From Nitrospirota bacterium (GTDB lineage: Bacteria; Nitrospirota; UBA9217), in contig CAVWHO010000008.1 in the NCBI GenBank assembly GCA_963754875.1, positions 288,001 through 352,000 on the forward strand: a stretch of DNA of 64,000 bases, written 5' to 3'. The notes beneath the pieces are model-generated. The model was not told the DNA's origin and did no database searches. It saw nothing but the letters and a program-made list of their open reading frames with translations. This document shows positions 57,724-64,000 of this stretch, piece after piece. The first letter of the stretch is position 1. Each line of letters begins with the position of its first letter. Made by a program: the position numbers and the translations under genes.

Positions 57724-58053
57724 TCGTAAATTAGCGGTACTGTTTGCTACTTTTAAGAGAAGGTATGACGAGGAGGACAAATATCGAAAAATGAACGCAG
57801 GATATAACTTATTGATAATGTTTATGAATTTTACTACTTTGTAGCCAATTGTTCATCGCGGAAACTACTGAGGGGATGATGCTATGCTACCGGAGAAAGA
57901 GCGTTCACAGTTCATGCCACTGAAAGGACAGCGGGAATGCAGGAAAGAATGAATCTCATTGACTCTAAAAGAAACAGTAATGCTGTCTATGAGCTTGATT
58001 TTGAAGGCATTGAGAACACTGTTTCCTACGGATACAGGGTGAGAGGGCGGAGA

Positions 58054-60063
58054 TCACGCCGATTGTATATTTGAGATACACATCTCGGACCCATCGCTCA
58101 TTACCCTCGACGTCATCTCCAGGCTGCAGAGTTCCTCACACTTCGCGTCGAATTTCTTGATAAAGAGGTCCTGCAAGAGCAGCGTGGACACGATCCCGAC
58201 GATTGCCATGTTGTCCCTGAACCCGAGCACCGGGCTCTGCCGGCATTTTCTGGCCAGAAGCTGGACGGCCTTGGGGTTGAATAAACCGCTCGCCGTGAGG
58301 TTCTTTTCCGAGAGGAGTTCCTCGACATACTCCTGGCGCCTGCCGGCGAAGAAGCTCTTCGCGTCGGGCGCCATGTAGGGTTGCTTTGTCCTATTAAGAA
58401 TGGAATCGGGAAGCAGTCCCTGCATGCTCTTTTTCAGGATGTATTTTTCCGTGAGGGCGCGCATCCTGATCTTGGGAGGCAACTTGCTACAAAATTCCAC
58501 GAGCCGGTGGTCGAGGAAGGGGAACCTGCCTTCGATCGAGTGCGCCATGGCCACCCGGTCCCCCTGGGACGAAAGCAGGTAGCCCGGGAGCAGGGTCTTG
58601 ATTTCGATATACTGCGCCCGCGAAATGTCGTCGGCGCGGTAAATGCCGTCGGAGAGGTATTCCGACAGGTCATCAACACACCCGTACATCTGCAGGGTAT
58701 TTTTCAGTTCTGAGGAGAAGAACATCTTGGCCATCGAAGTGGTGTTCCACCGGGGGATATGCGAATAGAACTCCGCAGGATAAGCGCTCGTGTCCGCCTT
58801 GAAAAACGACTCCGCATAGGGCAGCGACTTTACGGGAGAGTTCGCGAGATAGGGATAGAGCCGCTTCAGGATGAGCCGCCGGTACTTTGATCCGGGGTTC
58901 CGCTCGAGGAACCGCCGCACCTTGACCTCCTTGAAGATATCGTACCCGGCCAGGATCTCGTCCGATCCTTCGCCGGTCAGGACGACCTTGTACCCGCTGT
59001 CCCGGACCAGTTTCGCGAGGAGATACAGCGGCGCTGCCGCCGTCCGGAGGACGGTCTTCTCGGTGTGCCAGATGACATCGGGAAAGACATTGCCGATGTC
59101 GTCGCTGGTGCACCGGACGGCGCTGTGGTCCGCGCCCAGGTAGTCGATCATCTTCTTCTGGTGTTCGCTTTCATCGAAAGCCCCGTCGGCGAAGGTGACC
59201 GAAAACGTACGCAGGGGCGTGTCCGTAAATTTTTTGATCAGCATCGTGATCACGGAAGAATCGATACCGCCGCTCAGATATGCCCCCACCGGCACATCGG
59301 CCCGGAGTTGAAGCCGCGTCGAATCGATCAGGAGGTCCCGGAGTTCCTCGGCGTACGCCTCCTCCGTTTTGCCGTCCTCGTCACAATCGAAATCCACGTC
59401 CCAGTACCGTTTCGTGGTCATCTTGCCGCGTTCGATCATGAGGTAGTGTCCGGCCGGAAGTTCATGGATATTTTCGAACGCCGTCCTCGGCGGGATGGTC
59501 ATCCAGAAGGTAAACGTCTGGTCAAGGGCGTAGAGGTCAAGCGCCCGCGGCACTCTGTTGTCTGCGAACAGGGACTTCACCTCCGAAGCGAAGAGGAGTG
59601 ATCCATCGACGACGGTATAGAACAGCGGCCGTATCCCGAGCCGGTCCCTGGCGATAAAGAGCGTCTTCCGCCTCTTGTCCCAGATGGCGAAGGAGAACTG
59701 CCCGTTCAGCGATGCAAGACACTCCGGCCCGTGATCTTCGTAGAGATGGACAATGACCTCCGTATCGGACATCGTGTAGAAGCGGTGTCCCTTCTGTTCG
59801 AGCGCCTGGCGCAGCTCACGGTAATTGAAAATTTCACCGTTGAACACGATCCAGACGCTTTTGTCCTCGTTGTGGACCGGCTGCCAGCCTCCCTCCAGGT
59901 CGATGATGCTCAGCCGCGCGTGAGCAAGCCCCGCCCTCCTGTCGCGATAGAAACCGAAGCCGTCGGGGCCCCGGTGCCGCACCATCGCGATCATCTTCTT
60001 GAGGTCGTCGAAGGATATTTCACCCTCACGTTCGAGATTGAATATTCCCGCTAAGCCACACAT
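58054..60063 (-). CDS. asnB: Asparagine synthase-like glutamine amidotransferase (second paralog)
   Basis: MCGL, HRGPD, FNGEIFN, LSGGIDSS, LTGEGSDE and IEGRFPFLD. Confidence 0.93.
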   Translation of the reverse strand: MCGLAGIFNLEREGEISFDDLKKMIAMVRHRGPDGFGFYRDRRAGLAHARLSIIDLEGGWQPVHNEDKSVWIVFNGEIFNYRELRQALEQKGHRFYTMSDTEVIVHLYEDHGPECLASLNGQFSFAIWDKRRKTLFIARDRLGIRPLFYTVVDGSLLFASEVKSLFADNRVPRALDLYALDQTFTFWMTIPPRTAFENIHELPAGHYLMIERGKMTTKRYWDVDFDCDEDGKTEEAYAEELRDLLIDSTRLQLRADVPVGAYLSGGIDSSVITMLIKKFTDTPLRTFSVTFADGAFDESEHQKKMIDYLGADHSAVRCTSDDIGNVFPDVIWHTEKTVLRTAAAPLYLLAKLVRDSGYKVVLTGEGSDEILAGYDIFKEVKVRRFLERNPGSKYRRLILKRLYPYLANSPVKSLPYAESFFKADTSAYPAEFYSHIPRWNTTSMAKMFFSSELKNTLQMYGCVDDLSEYLSDGIYRADDISRAQYIEIKTLLPGYLLSSQGDRVAMAHSIEGRFPFLDHRLVEFCSKLPPKIRMRALTEKYILKKSMQGLLPDSILNRTKQPYMAPDAKSFFAGRRQEYVEELLSEKNLTASGLFNPKAVQLLARKCRQSPVLGFRDNMAIVGIVSTLLLQDLFIKKFDAKCEELCSLEMTSRVMSDGSEMCISNIQSA

Positions 60064-61016
60064 TGGTTACTGACCCGCTGGCGGTACCAGGAGATTGTTT
60101 CCGCAAGCCCTTTCTTGATGTTGAATGTTCTGCGGTAGCCCAGGTTCTTTTTTGCGTACTCGATATCGCCCACCGAATCCCGGATGTCACCTTCCCTTTT
60201 CGGTTTGAAATCGATCTCGGATTTCGATCCGGTAAGGTCGAGAATCGTCCTGGCCAGTTCGAGAATGCTTGTCTGCTTGCCGTTGCCTACGTTGAAAATC
60301 GTGCCGTGAACGCCGTTTCCGATGAGGGCGCTCAGGTTCGCGTTTACGACGTCGTCGATATAGATAAAGTCCCGCGTCTGGCCGCCGTCTCCTTCGATCG
60401 GTATCGGCTCGTCGTTAAGTGCCCTGGAGATGAATTTCGGGATGACGGCCGCATAATCTGAATTGGGGTCCTGCCGTCTTCCATAAACATTGAAATACCG
60501 GAGGCCGATGATCGACGTACCGTAGAGATCGGAGAAAATGCCGCCGAGCATCTCCTTTGCGACCTTTGACATGGCATAGGGAGATTTCGGACAGGGCGTC
60601 ATCGTTTCACGTTTTGGGAGCTCGGGCGTGTCCCCATAGACGGACGACGAGCTTGCGAAAACGATGCGCCTGGCGCCGTATTCCGCCGCGATATGAAAAA
60701 GGTTCGTTGTCCCGGCTACATTCGTTTCCATGGTGGCCACGGGGTCCGCGATGCTTTTGGTAACGCTCGAAACCGCCGCCTGGTGGGATATGAGCGAAAT
60801 ATTTTCCGACTTCATGATCGATCGCACCAGACCTTTGTCCAGGATGCTTCCCTTGACGAATTTGAGATTCTCCTCACGCTTGAGGTCGAGAACGTTCTCC
60901 ATTTTTCCTGTGCTAAGGTCATCGAGTATCACGACCCGGTATCCCTGGGCAAGCAGTGCCTCTGCAATATTGCTTCCGATAAATCCCGCGCCGCCTGTAA
61001 CGAGTACTGCTTCCAT
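60051..61016 (-). CDS. NDP-sugar 4-epimerase (WbpP-like extended SDR)
   Basis: VTGGAGFIGS, ASSSSVYG, YAMSK and LRYFNVYGRRQDPNSDYAAVIPKF. Confidence 0.92.
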   Translation of the reverse strand: MEAVLVTGGAGFIGSNIAEALLAQGYRVVILDDLSTGKMENVLDLKREENLKFVKGSILDKGLVRSIMKSENISLISHQAAVSSVTKSIADPVATMETNVAGTTNLFHIAAEYGARRIVFASSSSVYGDTPELPKRETMTPCPKSPYAMSKVAKEMLGGIFSDLYGTSIIGLRYFNVYGRRQDPNSDYAAVIPKFISRALNDEPIPIEGDGGQTRDFIYIDDVVNANLSALIGNGVHGTIFNVGNGKQTSILELARTILDLTGSKSEIDFKPKREGDIRDSVGDIEYAKKNLGYRRTFNIKKGLAETISWYRQRVSNQCVA

Positions 61017-61242
61017 ATGTCCTCCCTTACTCCCTGAAGCAAAACACAAAAAAAATCTCAGATCCCTGACGCCATCCTCTTTGTCGCCGTCGACGAGTGG
61101 CCGTGACCCGGAATCACTACGGGTCGACGAGAACGAGACATCTATTGTTATTGCAGCCTGATTTACAGCCCTTGAACCCGATCGTTAACTGAATCCTCTG
61201 TTATCTATCGTCACAACCATAAAGCAACTGTTTGAAACTGCG

Positions 61243-64000
61243 TTAAGGCCCGATTGTCAAAGGTTGTACAACATTCACTGCTGCATTATAGTTTGTATCC
61301 CCAGCCTGTTGCGCAGTGATGTTCGCGGTTCCTTGACTTACAAACGTAACGATACTGCCGGTTATGCTAACCACCGTTGTATCTGGGCTTGTATAAGTTA
61401 CTGGTAGCCCGCTGCTCGCCGTTGCCGTCAAAGTCAGTGAACTCGATAAGATAGAAACCGTGCCCAATGGAGTAAATGTGATCGTCTGGTCTGCCTTGCT
61501 CACAGCGATAGTCTTCTGGACATCGGCCGCTGCGTTGTAGTTGGCGTTGCCGCCCTGGCTCGCTGTGACGACGATACTCCCGGCACCAGTGATGGTCAGT
61601 GTACTCCCCGTGATCGATCCCGGGCCACTGGTGACCGCGAACGTGACCGAGTTGCCGGAAGCACCTCCCGTAGCACTCAAAACAAAGGGTAAGTCGCCGT
61701 AAATCTTGGTAGCCGGCGGGTTGAATGTAATCGTCTGGTCTGCCTTGTTCACGTTCTGCAAAACTGGGTCTGACGTTGATGTAAGATAATTCGTATCACC
61801 GCCGTAGGCCGCCGTTATTGCGTGGGAAACGGCGGTCAGAGTCGACGTGCTGAATGAAGCCACACCGCCGCTCAATTGGCCTGAGCCAATGGTTGTAGAG
61901 CCGTCTTTGAACGTCACTGATCCGGTAGCCGTTGACGGGGTAACCGTTGCCGTGAAAGTAACAGATTGGCCATACGTTGATGGGTTAAGAGATGAACCGA
62001 GACTCGTCGCTGACGATGCCTTAGTCACGATCTGTTGGAGATTCGATGACGTTGATGTTCCGTAGTTCGCGTCCCCGTTGTATGTAGCCGTAATGTTATG
62101 GGTTGCGACAGTGAGCGTTGTCGTGCTGAATGACGCCACACCGCCGCCCAATGAGCCTGAGCCAATGGTTGTAGAGCCGTCTTTGAACGTCACCGATCCA
62201 GTCGCCCCTGCGGTGACCGTTGCCGTGAACGTAACTGAATCTCCGTACGTTGATGGGTTGGTGCCACCGGTCAGGGCTATACTCGTCGACGATGATGCCT
62301 GGCCGACACTCAACGTTCCGGTGGCCGAGCTTGTCAGGAAGTTCCCCTGTGTGGGGTATGATGCGCTTAAGCTGTGGCCGCCCACAGGCAGACTGCCGAG
62401 GTTGTATTGAGCGGCTCCGGAGGTTAATGTCATCATTGTTTGTCCTCCACCATCCACGCTCAGGTAAACGTTGCCGACAGTCAGCAGTATCCCGGAACTA
62501 ACCGTGATGGTAACGATTCCATTTGCGCCCGACGCCACTGAGGGCGCGCTTATACCCATGTTTGTCGGGGCCGGGTTCACGGTCCAAGGAAGAGCTGAAG
62601 ACGTTGATGTTGTGAAATACGTGTTTCCGTTATACACCACAGTAATGGAATGGGAACCGGCGTTCATCGCTGTTGTCGTCGTGGTACAGGAAGCCAAATT
62701 AGGCGAGCCGCCATTCAGCGTGCCATTGCAGAGAAGCGAGGCGCCGTCATTGAACGATACTGTCCCAGCCGGCGTACCACTGCCAGCCTGGCCCGTTACA
62801 GCCGCCGTGAAGGTTACTGTGTTTCCGTATGTCGACGTGCCAGACGTTGTAACAAAGCTCGTCGTCGTAGTTGCGACCACGGCCTGGGGAATGGCGGCGG
62901 ATGCCTGGTTCCCTGAATAGTTCGCATCGCCGTTGTACACCGCCGTAATGGAATGGGCACCAGCGACGAGAGCTGCCGTGCTGAATGTCGCCGTGTCGGG
63001 TGAGCCACCGTTCAGAGAGTTTGTACCGAGCGTCGTAGCACCGTCCTTGAACGTCACCGTGCCCGTCGGAACCGCTCCGTTGCCTGTAACCGTGGCCGTG
63101 AAGGTAACCGAGTTCCCGTATGTCGACGTGGGCAAAGATGATAAGACGCCGATCGTTACAGAGCCATTCGTCACTGACTGTACCACGGCATTTGACGTCG
63201 ACGCTGTGTAGTTGGTACCACCATTATAGACTGCCGTTATATTGTGCGTGCCTGCGCTAAGGGCGGTTGTGCCAAACGTGGCGGTACCTGTGCCAACCGT
63301 CCCCGTGCCGATGGATGTCACGCCGTCCCAAAACGTTACTGTACCGGGTGCGGCTGCCGGGTTGAGCGTTGCCGTGAACGTGACCAATGTGCCGGGCGTC
63401 ACAGGCTGCCCGCCTGTTGATGACGTAAGGGTGGTTCCCGTTGTCGCTTTGTTCACAATCTGTGGAAGGGTGGCTGATGTAGATGCGGCGAAATAGGCAG
63501 CACCACTATAAGCGGCGGTTATGGAATGGGTGGCAACGGAAAGTGTCGGTGTGCTATAGATGGCCACGCCTGAGACAAGCGTCACCGTGCCGATGGATGT
63601 CAGGCCGTCCTTGAACGTTATTGTCCCGGTTGCTGTAGCCGGGGTCACCGTTGCTGTAAACGTGACTGAATTGTTGAATTGCGACGGATTGGCTGACGAC
63701 GCGATGCCAGTTGTTGTCGCGGCCTGACTCACTGTCAGGTTATTGGATTGCGTATTGCCCAGGAAGTTGTTGTCAAGGGGCGTGTACGTTGCGACCAGAG
63801 TGTGAAGGCCTACAATCGGGTTTGAAATCGTGAAGGTCGTGGCTCCAGTGACGAGTTGCTGGGTCCAGGTCGTCGTCACATTGCTGACCGTATCACTCAA
63901 TGACACGCTTCCGGTAGGTACACCCGACGACGCCGATGTGAGGCCCACCTGCACAATGCCGTTTGTGCCGTAAGTTATTGGTGTGGTGAACGTCATTGTC
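61243..64000 (-). CDS. C-terminal part of a second giant Ig-like repeat protein (5' end outside the window)
   Basis: Frame open to the window edge; repeated Big_3-like units and two KADQTITF repeats. Confidence 0.9.
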   Translation of the reverse strand, partial: TMTFTTPITYGTNGIVQVGLTSASSGVPTGSVSLSDTVSNVTTTWTQQLVTGATTFTISNPIVGLHTLVATYTPLDNNFLGNTQSNNLTVSQAATTTGIASSANPSQFNNSVTFTATVTPATATGTITFKDGLTSIGTVTLVSGVAIYSTPTLSVATHSITAAYSGAAYFAASTSATLPQIVNKATTGTTLTSSTGGQPVTPGTLVTFTATLNPAAAPGTVTFWDGVTSIGTGTVGTGTATFGTTALSAGTHNITAVYNGGTNYTASTSNAVVQSVTNGSVTIGVLSSLPTSTYGNSVTFTATVTGNGAVPTGTVTFKDGATTLGTNSLNGGSPDTATFSTAALVAGAHSITAVYNGDANYSGNQASAAIPQAVVATTTTSFVTTSGTSTYGNTVTFTAAVTGQAGSGTPAGTVSFNDGASLLCNGTLNGGSPNLASCTTTTTAMNAGSHSITVVYNGNTYFTTSTSSALPWTVNPAPTNMGISAPSVASGANGIVTITVSSGILLTVGNVYLSVDGGGQTMMTLTSGAAQYNLGSLPVGGHSLSASYPTQGNFLTSSATGTLSVGQASSSTSIALTGGTNPSTYGDSVTFTATVTAGATGSVTFKDGSTTIGSGSLGGGVASFSTTTLTVATHNITATYNGDANYGTSTSSNLQQIVTKASSATSLGSSLNPSTYGQSVTFTATVTPSTATGSVTFKDGSTTIGSGQLSGGVASFSTSTLTAVSHAITAAYGGDTNYLTSTSDPVLQNVNKADQTITFNPPATKIYGDLPFVLSATGGASGNSVTFAVTSGPGSITGSTLTITGAGSIVVTASQGGNANYNAAADVQKTIAVSKADQTITFTPLGTVSILSSSLTLTATASSGLPVTYTSPDTTVVSITGSIVTFVSQGTANITAQQAGDTNYNAAVNVVQPLTIGP

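Overview
No RNA genes, CRISPR arrays or transposases were seen. The window has three blocks. (1) 0.2-12.7 kb, energy metabolism: a LysR regulator, a heterotetrameric-type 2-oxoacid (probably pyruvate) dehydrogenase operon lacking E3, and a membrane-bound group 1 [NiFe]-hydrogenase operon (small subunit, large subunit, cytochrome b, protease) followed by hypC-hypA(fused)-hypB-hypD-hypE. (2) 13-19 kb, regulation: an RhlE helicase with a terminator-containing leader, a Crp-family regulator, a pseudo-receiver diguanylate cyclase and a methyltransferase-kinase fusion. (3) 19-64 kb, a large Wzx/Wzy exopolysaccharide locus with many tailoring enzymes typical of exosortase A (PEP-CTERM)-associated loci, interleaved with secreted proteins, lipoproteins and two giant Ig-repeat proteins. 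Gene content suggests an anaerobic diderm such as Nitrospirota or Desulfobacterota (inference only). Best leads: a possible split-FN3 donor-strand docking system (secreted proteins ending in PPxNLR, plus lipoproteins whose FN3 domains lack that strand); a dockerin-tailed giant adhesin next to a cohesin-like lipoprotein; a HypC-HypA fusion with an internal ribosome-binding site; and a hydrogenase small subunit with Asp in place of the first proximal-cluster Cys. All family calls come from motif recognition by eye; no database search was run.
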